Assembly (NCBI GenBank): GCA_049967475.1
Contig: JBMFSQ010000013.1
Span: forward strand, 1 to 64,000
DNA from: Chthonomonadales bacterium
GTDB lineage: Bacteria > Armatimonadota > Chthonomonadetes > Chthonomonadales > CAJBBX01
Reading direction: 5' to 3'
Length of the DNA stretch: 64,000 bases
The notes under the pieces: model-generated
Told to the model about the DNA's origin: nothing
Seen by the model: the letters and a program-made list of their open reading frames with translations, nothing else
Databases searched by the model: none
Shown here: in pieces, positions 19,089 through 28,289 of the stretch
Numbering within the stretch: the stretch's first letter is position 1
How the letters are laid out: each line of letters starts with the position of its first letter
Translations under genes and position numbers: made by a program

Positions 19089-21044
19089 CTAGACGCTCCA
19101 CGCACCCCAATGTTCGGCCAAACGTGCATCCTCCAGAGAAGCCGCCCGGCGGAAATGCTTGCCCGCACCCACGGTCCGATAGGCCTCTTCGGCAAATGAG
19201 TACGAGCGGGCCTCGGCGTCCACAAGAACGAGCTCTGCCGGCGCCAGCAGCGCAGCGACGTGTTCCAGGTCCGCAATCCTCAGGGCTCCCAGCACCTCCA
19301 CGGCTGGGCCCCGCCCGTCTGGAGAAGAAGGCGCATCGAGCGTTGATGGCGGCGTTTGGAGCACAACTCCTCCGAGTCTGCCGTGAAGCAGAGCCGCGTA
19401 GAGCGCGGGAACTGCCATAGAGCCGCGGGCCACCAAGACGGTGCGGTCGCTGCTCCATCCCGTCAGCGCCTGCAACGCTTCAAGAGCGCGCAGCACATCC
19501 CACACCTGCCAAGAAGCGGTCGTGACGCCGGTCCAGGCGGCGGCCCTGCGCACGCGCCAATTGAGCTCGTCGCCCCATGCTGTGTCCCCCGTACCACGAG
19601 GCTCCACGAGCGCCCAATCCGCGTCCGCACGGATGGAGCGGGCGAACTCCTCGGCATCATTCGCTCCCTCCCCATGGGAACGCAACGCCACCACCAGCCC
19701 CAGGGCTCCCCGAACCCGGCCGTATACGCCTTGAAGCCGCCACCCCGCCTCCGCAAGGAACGAGAAGCGGCCGCCGCCTTCGCCCTCGGCATGCCGCAGC
19801 TCCCAGCGGGCGGCAAGGGCAGGCGGAGGGCTGGGAAACCATCGAAACGGCCGCTCCCTGAGCCGCTGTGTCACCCGATCCCTCTCCCGCGTAAGGGACA
19901 CCAAATCCGAAATCATCGGCGGCGCCGCCGTGGGTACCAGCTCGTCCTGGATCGTCCGCACGCGGTTGCCGGCCGGCTCGCCACTCACGTACACGCGCAG
20001 AACTTCCGCCGGCTCCTGGTGGTCCGGCGCCTCGTCCACGTCGCCCACCCGACCCGGCGGGATGTCCCGGTCGGCCAAATGGCGCATCATCCACGAAAAA
20101 ACCTCCGTGCGGGAACGCCTATGGTACCCGTGTGGCCCCGGCGTAAGCACCAACCGAAGGTGATTTGGAACGCCCATCCTCCGGTAGGCCGCAACGAGCT
20201 GCCGGTGCACCATGCGGATGCCCGCCGCAGTGAAGATGCCGTCCCGGTCGGCCGAAGCGATGAGCAGAGGCCGTGGCGCCACCAGGGCCCCGACATCCGC
20301 CAAATCCCACATCATGGTGTTGGGCCACCACATGCAATCGCAATGACCGTCCAGAGTGCGCTGAGCGATATGAGAGGCCAGTGTTGCCGTTCCGCATACG
20401 GGGGCTGCCGCCGCTACGCGCTCGTCGGCGGCAGCCACCCACCAGGTCGTAGCCCCGCCTCCCGAAATTCCCGTGGCTCCCAGCCGCTTCCCATCTATTC
20501 CCGGGTAATTTGCCAACAGATCCAGCCCGCGAATGGCATTCAACAGTTCCACGGCAGCCGGCGAATACCCTCGGCTGTACCAATGGAACCAGCCCTCGCG
20601 GAAACATCCGTGATGGTATCCCTCTACCTCGCCTAGCTGCACCGTCTCCACGATGAGTGCCGCGAAACCCATTTGCGCAAAGCGACGCGGAATTGCCTGG
20701 TAATAGGTCTTCTGGTGTGGAGCATGACCGCACAGGTAGAGCACCGCCGGGGCGCCGGATCCCACAGCCGGTGTGTCCGGAAGGTAGAGGTTGGCGGTAA
20801 CATAAAGGCCAGGGATGCTTTCGTACCATAACTTCCGGATGCGGTATCCGGGCCTCTCCAGATCGCCGGTTACCGTCCAGGGCGGCGCAGGACGATCGCC
20901 GCTCCCCAGATACTCGGCGATGCCCAGGGCATCCAGGAATTCCTCCCTCCGCCGGCGAATGGCTTCCGAAAGGTCCGCAGCCTCGTTCACCCAGCCGCCC
21001 GCACAGCGGGTGATTTCCCGGGCTCGCCGCACCAAATATTCCAT
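19089..21044 (-). CDS. Alpha/beta hydrolase (acetylxylan esterase-like, two lobes)
   Basis: YESIPGLYVTANLYLP, LCGH, nucleophile elbow GISGGG, HCDC, LVAPRPLLI, GPHGY. Confidence 0.8.
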   Translation of the reverse strand: MEYLVRRAREITRCAGGWVNEAADLSEAIRRRREEFLDALGIAEYLGSGDRPAPPWTVTGDLERPGYRIRKLWYESIPGLYVTANLYLPDTPAVGSGAPAVLYLCGHAPHQKTYYQAIPRRFAQMGFAALIVETVQLGEVEGYHHGCFREGWFHWYSRGYSPAAVELLNAIRGLDLLANYPGIDGKRLGATGISGGGATTWWVAAADERVAAAAPVCGTATLASHIAQRTLDGHCDCMWWPNTMMWDLADVGALVAPRPLLIASADRDGIFTAAGIRMVHRQLVAAYRRMGVPNHLRLVLTPGPHGYHRRSRTEVFSWMMRHLADRDIPPGRVGDVDEAPDHQEPAEVLRVYVSGEPAGNRVRTIQDELVPTAAPPMISDLVSLTRERDRVTQRLRERPFRWFPSPPPALAARWELRHAEGEGGGRFSFLAEAGWRLQGVYGRVRGALGLVVALRSHGEGANDAEEFARSIRADADWALVEPRGTGDTAWGDELNWRVRRAAAWTGVTTASWQVWDVLRALEALQALTGWSSDRTVLVARGSMAVPALYAALLHGRLGGVVLQTPPSTLDAPSSPDGRGPAVEVLGALRIADLEHVAALLAPAELVLVDAEARSYSFAEEAYRTVGAGKHFRRAASLEDARLAEHWGAWSV

Positions 21045-21068
21045 GACAGTGCAGTTCACCGGTGCCCC

Positions 21069-22241
21069 CTACTCCGCCTTCTGCAAGCGCGTGAGTTTTT
21101 GGGCAAATGCTTCATCCTCCATGGCGGCAGCCGCACGCGTGAAGTGCAGCGGGCGCTCAGTGGTTAAAACCACTGCGAGCAACTCACTTCGGGCTCCCGG
21201 CTCCGTGGGCTCTATGCTCCCGCCCGGGATCCCATGCGGCAACCCAGCCGGATGGAACGTAATGGATCCCTCGGCGATGCCCATGTGGCTTGCAAACCGG
21301 CTGTTGCTGTAGTAGAACACCTCGTCCGTCTCCAGGTTGGTGTAATGGTACGGCATCGTCCCCGCACACGCCATGATCTCTTGGGATTGCGGCACCAGAG
21401 AACTCACTACGAAACCCCGCGCTTCCAATGTCTGGATCGTTGCCCAGGGGCTCACCACACGCAGAGAAGAGGCATCCAGATCCTGCGTATTGACGGACCA
21501 TGGGTAAACGTAGCCGTCCCAGCCCACAACATCCAGCGGGTGGTGCCTGTAGTAGTATCGGGTGAGCACTCCCCGTGCCTTGATGCGCACCTCGAAGCGC
21601 CCCTCTTCTTCGTGGGTTTCGAGCATCTGCGGTACCTGTATGTTGCGCTCGCTGTAGGGCGCAAAGTCCATGAGCTGTCCTACTTCGTTGATATAGGACC
21701 TGGGCGCTTCAACGGGGCCGGCGCTCTCGATCACCAGCATGCGGGGAACCCCCTGTTCCGCCACGATGCGGTAGATGGTGCCGCGCGGAACCACCACGTA
21801 ATCCCCCGGCCGATACCGCAGCGTTCCGAACACCGTTTCGATGTGCCCGCTCCCCTCATGAATGTAGAGCACCTCATCGGCGTCCCCATTCTTGTAGAAG
21901 AAGCCTGCCATGGGCTCTAAAGGTCTGCAGAGGCTCAGGGCCAGATCCTCATTCACAAGAAGCGTTACGCGTCCGGAAACCGGGTCGCCCCGAGCCGGCA
22001 TATCCCACGTACAAAGGTGGCGGTAGCGAAGAGGCCCATGCGGGGCAATCTCCGGACGAGCGTCTTCTCCCGGCTCGAAGGCGATGGGATCGGTGAACGG
22101 GTGGGCGTGGTACAGATACGAAGCCGCACTTCTAGGTCCATGCGAGCTGAACACCTCTTCCGCACAGGGCCGGCCGCTGGGCGCACAGAGTTCTGCGTGA
22201 CGCCTCGCCGGCACTGTTCCAACTTGCAGATATCGTGACAT
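21069..22241 (-). CDS. Homogentisate 1,2-dioxygenase-like double cupin (divergent active site)
   Basis: NGDADEVLYIHEGSG, GDYVVVPRGTIY, PYSER, HHPLDVVGWDGYVYPW, HPAGLPHG typical of short bacterial HmgA. Confidence 0.8.
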   Translation of the reverse strand: MSRYLQVGTVPARRHAELCAPSGRPCAEEVFSSHGPRSAASYLYHAHPFTDPIAFEPGEDARPEIAPHGPLRYRHLCTWDMPARGDPVSGRVTLLVNEDLALSLCRPLEPMAGFFYKNGDADEVLYIHEGSGHIETVFGTLRYRPGDYVVVPRGTIYRIVAEQGVPRMLVIESAGPVEAPRSYINEVGQLMDFAPYSERNIQVPQMLETHEEEGRFEVRIKARGVLTRYYYRHHPLDVVGWDGYVYPWSVNTQDLDASSLRVVSPWATIQTLEARGFVVSSLVPQSQEIMACAGTMPYHYTNLETDEVFYYSNSRFASHMGIAEGSITFHPAGLPHGIPGGSIEPTEPGARSELLAVVLTTERPLHFTRAAAAMEDEAFAQKLTRLQKAE

Positions 22242-22419
22242 GGCATCCTCCCGGTAACTACTTTGCCTATGATATGCCGGTCTTGAACGGAAACCCAGAT
22301 TATATAACGTGTGAATAACCCGGCAGGTGCCGCGGGTATCCTATAGCCGCTGACCTTCCATCTTCTCAGGTACCCTCCCCGATATCGGGATGGGCTACGC
22401 ATCATGAAAGGATCGCTCC

Positions 22420-23490
22420 ATGCCGAGGAACACGCCCTGCCGCGTGATGCTGGTTGCCGCAGATTGGGATCTCGCCTTGAAGGTCGCTCGATGCATCTTC
22501 TGCCGCCATGAGGCCTATGCGGCCATTGCGGGGCCGCCAGGTCCGCTCGAATGGAGCCGGGCGATCCGCAGCGTCTTTCCGCTCCCCGCAGATGCCCTCG
22601 AGGGTGACGCTGCCGAGCTGTACGGTCTGCTTGCCCGGTGGTGTAATGGCGCCGGCCCGGGGACCATCGTCCCCGTAGACCTGCCCGCTCAATTATCCGT
22701 CTCGCGCATGAAGCATCGCCTGACCCAAGCGCTCGTCATCCCGCTGAGCCCCGCGAAGCTCATCCATTGGATGGCAAATAAGGCAGCTTTGAGCCGCTTC
22801 GCCCAATCCCTCGGTGTGGATACGCCTCCCTTCGTTGTGCTGGAGGATCCCGACACCACCCAGTGCCGACGCCTGAGTTTCCCGGTTATCGTGAAGCCTG
22901 CCTGCGGCGAAGGCGGAGGAGTCCGCTATCCGCGCGCTGAGACGCCCGAAGAACTTGAGGAAGCCCTAATCGTCGCCAGGCCGCAGCCGCACGCTCCCGT
23001 CATCGTTCAGGAGTACGTCGCCGGCGATGATGTAGGAGTGAGTGTGCTCGCTCTAAAAGGGCACATCGTTGCCTGGACGGTGCAGCGGCACTTGCCCCGC
23101 AACATCCTTTCGTTTGACGCGTACCCGCCGGCATTGGAGGCGGTTCGGAAGCTGGTGGCTGCGTGCGGTTACACCGGAGTGGCGCACTTCGACTTCATAG
23201 ACCCTCCTGGAAGGATGGCGCCCCTTTTGTTGGAGTGCAATCCCCGCTTCTGGGCAACCATCTTGGCCGCCCACGCTGCCGGGGTGTGTTTTCCTTCTCT
23301 GGCAGTGGAACTCGCCCTGGGCGGAATTGCCGCATCACCCATTCCTGAAGCCACGGGCATGGCACGGAGCACGCCACTGTGTGTCAAGTTGATGGATCCC
23401 CTGCCCGAGCTGGCAGCCCGGTGGCTGCGCCTGAGGCGCCGCATTCTCAACTTACCAGCTCGGCGCTTTGGGCGAAAGCTGCGGAGGTAA
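22420..23490 (+). CDS. ATP-grasp domain protein
   Basis: NKAAL, FPVIVKPACGEGG, IVQEYVAG, GVAHFDF, LLECNPRFW. Confidence 0.85.
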   Translation: MPRNTPCRVMLVAADWDLALKVARCIFCRHEAYAAIAGPPGPLEWSRAIRSVFPLPADALEGDAAELYGLLARWCNGAGPGTIVPVDLPAQLSVSRMKHRLTQALVIPLSPAKLIHWMANKAALSRFAQSLGVDTPPFVVLEDPDTTQCRRLSFPVIVKPACGEGGGVRYPRAETPEELEEALIVARPQPHAPVIVQEYVAGDDVGVSVLALKGHIVAWTVQRHLPRNILSFDAYPPALEAVRKLVAACGYTGVAHFDFIDPPGRMAPLLLECNPRFWATILAAHAAGVCFPSLAVELALGGIAASPIPEATGMARSTPLCVKLMDPLPELAARWLRLRRRILNLPARRFGRKLRR

Positions 23491-23520
23491 AGGTTGGCTG
23501 GGTTCCGAACAGGCAGGGCC

Positions 23521-24834
23521 ATGGTTCCGTGCCTGCTGTTGTGGGGCCTCCTCTCCGGTATGCCTGCGGCGTTGGGCCAGCTTCCGCACCAATCGGCGCC
23601 GATCGCCCGCAGTCGCGCTATCCGCCATGAAGATGCAGGGCACGGCATGGGCAGCTGCCGGGGCTCCGTACCTGCAATCCCACCCGCCACACCGCGCATC
23701 CGAACCTATAACGATGCCTCCTACGCCCTTGCGTTCGGCAGCTTTCTGTGGGAAGCGGCGGGCTGGTGGCTGCTCCTCCAATTCGGCCTCTCCTCCAGTC
23801 TGAGCGGCTGGGCCTGCCGCAGGACGCGCCGCCTCTTCTGGCAAAGCGCCCTCTTTTGGAGCGCGTTGAGCGGGCTCATGACACTCTGGCGGCTCCCCAT
23901 ATCCCTAGCCGCCTTTCTGCTGGACCGATCCTACGGATTTGCCACCATGGGGCCGATGCTCTGGCTGGAAGACCGCCTTCGCGGATGGGCTTTTGGTCTG
24001 ACCGCTATTCCGGCCATATGGCTTGCCTGGATCCTTCTGCTCCGATCTCCCCGCCGATGGTGGCTGTGGCTGTGGGCGGCTGCCATCCCGTGGACCCTCT
24101 TCATTACAATCCTCCAACCCGTCTTCGTAGATCCGGCGTACAACCGCTTCACGCCTCTACCCCAAGGGGCGCTCCGCACCCAGATCGCCAGGCTCGCCCG
24201 GCAAGCAGGGGTGGGCAACGCGCAAATCCTCGTTGCGGACGCGTCCCGGCGCACCACGCGCGCTAATGCCTACGTCACAGGCATCGGTCCCACCCGCCGC
24301 ATCGTCCTCTGGAACACCACACTGCACGCGTTGCCTTCCGACGAGATCCTCTTTATCGTGGCTCATGAACTCGGACATTACGTTTTGGGGCATATGTGGT
24401 GGATCCTGGCCGGCAACATCGCAGGCAGCCTCCTTCTGTTGGCCATCCTTTCCCGGGCCTTTCCTTGGACCGTTAGACGGTGGGGCGCCCGCTGGCACCT
24501 GAAGGGCATTTCGGACCTCGCTGCCCTGCCGACGGCTCTGCTGCTGCTCCATGGGCTTCTTTTTGCTCAGATGCCGGCTGCGTGCGCCTTCAGCCGCTTC
24601 CTGGAACATCAGGCAGACCGCTACGGGTTGATGCTGACCCATGACAATTGCGCCGCTGCCCGCCTTTTTGCCGACTTTGTGCGCCGAGACTACGCCGATC
24701 CCGATCCGCCGCGCCTCGCAGTGCTGTGGCTCTATACCCACCCTCCCATCCGCCAGAGAATGCAGTTTGCCCTCCACTATCATCCGTGGAAGGCGCCTTC
24801 GCCAACCCGCCGAACCGGTCGCGCTTCCCCATAG
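23521..24834 (+). CDS. M48 family (Ste24-like) membrane zinc metallopeptidase
   Basis: NAYVTGIGPTRRIVL, AHELGH (HExxH), SRFLEHQAD, THPPIRQR, multiple TM helices. Confidence 0.92.
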   Translation: MVPCLLLWGLLSGMPAALGQLPHQSAPIARSRAIRHEDAGHGMGSCRGSVPAIPPATPRIRTYNDASYALAFGSFLWEAAGWWLLLQFGLSSSLSGWACRRTRRLFWQSALFWSALSGLMTLWRLPISLAAFLLDRSYGFATMGPMLWLEDRLRGWAFGLTAIPAIWLAWILLLRSPRRWWLWLWAAAIPWTLFITILQPVFVDPAYNRFTPLPQGALRTQIARLARQAGVGNAQILVADASRRTTRANAYVTGIGPTRRIVLWNTTLHALPSDEILFIVAHELGHYVLGHMWWILAGNIAGSLLLLAILSRAFPWTVRRWGARWHLKGISDLAALPTALLLLHGLLFAQMPAACAFSRFLEHQADRYGLMLTHDNCAAARLFADFVRRDYADPDPPRLAVLWLYTHPPIRQRMQFALHYHPWKAPSPTRRTGRASP

Positions 24835-25022
24835 CGGCGAATAAGTCCCCTCCCGCTGCACATCGGTCAGATCAGACTGACGTGACCGGTGAAGGCGCAA
24901 CAGCAACGCCCCCGCAACGCCGGCGGTTGTGGCCCGCAAAACCTTGTCTCCAACAGGCCGGAGGCTGTTGACGTTTCGTTGATAGCGGATGCGCTATGAT
25001 AGCGCCGTTTCTTTTCTGCAGC

Positions 25023-25076
25023 GCCCGGGCGGTTCATGCTGCGCATCAGCTCTCCATGCCCGCCCGGGTCTTTTTC
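25023..25076 (+). terminator. Possible intrinsic terminator
   Basis: CCCGGGCGG...CCGCCCGGG stem followed by TCTTTTT, between convergent genes; the loop is unusually long. Confidence 0.4.
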
Positions 25077-25185
25077 CAGCCGCGCCACGAGACCAGGCGT
25101 GCCCCCGGGAACGCGAATGCATTGGGAAGCATGAGCAGCCGGGCACGAACAGACGCATTATCCGCACACCGCGCAGGAAGAGGGG

Positions 25186-26466
25186 TCAGAAGCTCAGCGA
25201 GGTTTGAACGTAGAACCAGTCCGAAGGATCGGCGTGGCCTCCATTCGTGGCGGCTACGAAGCGCCCGGGCAGGAAGCGCGCCCATCCGCCGGATAACTGG
25301 CAGTCTTTGGATGCGGAGTACACCACCACCACATCCACTTCCTGGCCCAGATCGTGGCCCGAAGCCCCCGACGGATCCCTCAAGGGCGTCCCGGCAACAC
25401 CCGTCACCGGCTTGCCGGCGGCGTTGTACCAATAATCAGAAGCATTGGGAAGCCGAAAGAAATGGCCGTCCACCTGCAGGGTGAGCCTGGGCAGCGGTTC
25501 CCCCTTCGCCCCGATGCGCCAGTCCTCCATGTTCCGCCAGCCCACGTAGTCCGCAACACCATAGTGGGCATGGTTTGTAGGGAAGAGCTGATCGAAGGTG
25601 CGGTAGAGGCCGCTTCCTCCAGGATCGCCTCCGGTAGCGTAATCGCGCTCTGCGGAGATACGCACGTGGCCTCGGCCTGGAAGAGCATAACCCACGACCG
25701 CAGCATAGGCATACGCCGACACGGCCCGCCCGGCATAGGCGCCGAGCTGATAGGCAGCCTCGAGTGTAGCATCCCAGCGGCGTGCGAACGTGTACTGGGG
25801 CCGCACGCCCAGCGTCCAAATGTTTTGCTCGGTGGTCGCGGTGAGGGGAACACTCTTGTTCAGGGCGTATACGTCCACGCTGCCGGCAGCCCCGGTGCGC
25901 GCCACCGAGTAGAGCCCCGCGAGCATCGGCTCGTTCGTCTTGCCGGGCGCCAGCCCAAGCCGCATGACGAAAAGATCCGTGCTCGTATGGCGGTCCGAAA
26001 GCGTCAACCGGATCCCGTCAAAGGAGCGGCCTGTATTTCCCCACTCCAGGTTGCCCACGAGGCGGCTGTCGCCGAATTTCATCGTCTGCCGCCCAATCTT
26101 CCAGATGCGCCCGTGATCCACCATGGACGCGTACCCTTCAAGAACATCCACGTCTCTCAAGCGGATGGAGGTGGGGCCGGGCCCGCCGTGAGGATTCTGA
26201 TAAGCCCACTGCGGCTCGATGAAGATGCGGGACTTGTTCGCCCCCTCCCACAAGAGGCCCAGGCGCATCCGGCTCAACTCGTCCTTCGGGCTGTCTCCAC
26301 TTCGAGATGCGAAATTCGCCGCGTCGCGCGCCTCATAGCGAAGCCGCCACTCGCCCATAAGGCGCAATCCCCGCCCTAAGGATATGCCTGGCTGCTGCTG
26401 CGCGCGTGCGCCGGCAGCGGTCAAAAGCGCCGCACCAAAGGCTGCCATCTTCCTGCAGCATTTCAT
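25186..26466 (-). CDS. Alginate-export (AlgE-like) outer-membrane beta-barrel porin
   Basis: Signal peptide, GEWRLRYE, IGRQ..FGDSRLVG..EWGN.GRSFDG, TFDQLFPTNH, GQEVDV, C-terminal Phe. Confidence 0.82.
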   Translation of the reverse strand: MKCCRKMAAFGAALLTAAGARAQQQPGISLGRGLRLMGEWRLRYEARDAANFASRSGDSPKDELSRMRLGLLWEGANKSRIFIEPQWAYQNPHGGPGPTSIRLRDVDVLEGYASMVDHGRIWKIGRQTMKFGDSRLVGNLEWGNTGRSFDGIRLTLSDRHTSTDLFVMRLGLAPGKTNEPMLAGLYSVARTGAAGSVDVYALNKSVPLTATTEQNIWTLGVRPQYTFARRWDATLEAAYQLGAYAGRAVSAYAYAAVVGYALPGRGHVRISAERDYATGGDPGGSGLYRTFDQLFPTNHAHYGVADYVGWRNMEDWRIGAKGEPLPRLTLQVDGHFFRLPNASDYWYNAAGKPVTGVAGTPLRDPSGASGHDLGQEVDVVVVYSASKDCQLSGGWARFLPGRFVAATNGGHADPSDWFYVQTSLSF

Positions 26467-27719
26467 CGTACCGTTGCCTCCGGAGTACGGGATGGTCGCC
26501 CTGCCGCGTGCGCCGAGGAGGCAGCCGCAGCAGCCGGCTTGGGCTGAGGGGGCGGCTCCGTAAGGATGCCCTTGAGGGTGAGCGTCCCGATGAATAGAAC
26601 CAAAAAGAGGCCCAGATCAATTACCCACCTGCGCTGGGCAGGATGGCGTGAAGGCGAGCGGTCCAGCCATGGTAGGAGCAACATTCCCACCGTCACCATA
26701 CCGGGGATCACGAGGGTCCCCACCACCTCCATGCTGGACGGCATGAGTTTCAGCAACTCATACAGTCCCAGGAAATACCACTCCGGCCGCGGCGTAAAGT
26801 CTGCGCGCGCGGGATCCGCAACATCCATCAGCTCGGGCTTCACCAGCACGGCCAGGAGAAACACCACCCCGATGCCCACCAGAACCACCACCGCATCCTT
26901 GAACAACTGCGTGGGCCAAAAAGGAACCGGCTCCCCCTTCTGGGGCACTACAGGTCCGGCAATGTGGTGCCGCCGCACTAAATACAGATGAAAGGCGGTA
27001 AAGATCCCCAAGGCCAAAGGAAGAAGCATGATATGGGCCGCGTAGAAGCGCGTCAGCGTGAGGGCGCCGACCTCCGTACCTCCGCGGATCAACACCATGA
27101 TCTGTTGGCCGATGACAGGAGCGGTAGCCGCGATGCGCGTGCCCACTACCGTGGCCCAGTAGGCCTTTTGGTCCCACGGAAGCAGATAACCCGTAAACGA
27201 GAAGCCTAGGATCACCTGGAAGATGACCACCCCTACAACCCACGTGAGTTCTCGAGGCTTCTTGTAGGATCCCCAAAAGAAGACGCGCAGAATGTGCAGC
27301 ACCACAACAATCACGATGGCGGTAGCGCCCCAGTGGTGGATGCCCCGGATGAAGGAGCCCAACCACACCTTTTGGGAGATCCACTTCACGCTCTCATAGG
27401 CGTGATCGGGGCTGGGAACGTAGAACATGGCCAGCGCCACGCCCGTTATGAACTGGAAGGCAAGGAGCGTCAGAAGCAGGTTCCCAAGCGTCTGCCACCA
27501 GCCGACCCCAGGAGGCATGGGCTCGTCCAGGTTCTTGCGCACGAAGCCCCACCAGCCTAGCCGAAGCTCGAGCCAATCAGCCAAAGAAGGCCGCACCCGC
27601 CTGAGATCTTCCAGTTCCTTGGCTTCCCACGGCTCTTGCGGCGGCTCGGACCCGTTGCCGCCATCCAAACCAAGCCGCTTCCCCCGCGTGTCCGCAGGCT
27701 CCTGTAGAAGTTTCGCCAT
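26463..27719 (-). CDS. Cytochrome b of a Rieske/cytochrome b complex (unsplit)
   Basis: IRGIHHWGAT..LHILRV, TGYLLPWDQKAYWA, TLTRFYAAH...FH, RPEWYFL. Confidence 0.93.
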   Translation of the reverse strand: MAKLLQEPADTRGKRLGLDGGNGSEPPQEPWEAKELEDLRRVRPSLADWLELRLGWWGFVRKNLDEPMPPGVGWWQTLGNLLLTLLAFQFITGVALAMFYVPSPDHAYESVKWISQKVWLGSFIRGIHHWGATAIVIVVVLHILRVFFWGSYKKPRELTWVVGVVIFQVILGFSFTGYLLPWDQKAYWATVVGTRIAATAPVIGQQIMVLIRGGTEVGALTLTRFYAAHIMLLPLALGIFTAFHLYLVRRHHIAGPVVPQKGEPVPFWPTQLFKDAVVVLVGIGVVFLLAVLVKPELMDVADPARADFTPRPEWYFLGLYELLKLMPSSMEVVGTLVIPGMVTVGMLLLPWLDRSPSRHPAQRRWVIDLGLFLVLFIGTLTLKGILTEPPPQPKPAAAAASSAHAAGRPSRTPEATVR

Positions 27720-27724
27720 GGCAG

Positions 27725-28231
27725 TTACACCTTGTAGAGCCACACCCGGCCGTTCTCGACCTTCGAGGGAATGCGGCTGAGCCCTCGCGGCGGCGGCCCG
27801 GATAAATGGTTGCCGTCCTCATCGAAAACCCCGCCGTGACAGGGGCACACGTACCTGCGCTTGCGGTCCTTGAACTGCACGTGGCAGCCCAGATGCGGGC
27901 ATGTCGGATCGAAGGCAACGATGACATCGCCCTTTCGGTGCAGAAAAACACTGTACGTGCGGCGCGCCTTCATGTACCCGTCCTGCACCTCAAGGCTGTA
28001 ATCCACAGAGCGCGTTTCCCCGTCCCGCAGTTCACCCGCATCGAGAACATCCACCCAGGTCCCGCGCTTCTTCCCTCGCTTGAGCGGCGATGCGATGAAC
28101 CCGATCGTGGGCCCGATGATCGCGAGAGCCACCGTGCCGTTGATCAACCCCACCAGCATCCCCAATACCGTTCTTCTTGGAACCCTGTGGCATGCGGGAC
28201 ACAGATCGCCGTCATGCTTGCCTTTGTCCAT
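27725..28231 (-). CDS. Rieske [2Fe-2S] protein
   Basis: CPHLGC and CPCHGG boxes, GPPPRGL, Tat-like PRRTVL plus TM anchor; GGAGG RBS. Confidence 0.94.
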   Translation of the reverse strand: MDKGKHDGDLCPACHRVPRRTVLGMLVGLINGTVALAIIGPTIGFIASPLKRGKKRGTWVDVLDAGELRDGETRSVDYSLEVQDGYMKARRTYSVFLHRKGDVIVAFDPTCPHLGCHVQFKDRKRRYVCPCHGGVFDEDGNHLSGPPPRGLSRIPSKVENGRVWLYKV

Positions 28232-28289
28232 AGTTGGACCTCCCATATTCTGAAGGGATCGCGAATGCGATGCCCATGCTTCCGGCATC

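Noticed and set aside
22420..24834. ATP-grasp plus M48 peptidase as a RiPP (graspetide) cluster
   Set aside because: No precursor peptide with core repeats and no transporter nearby
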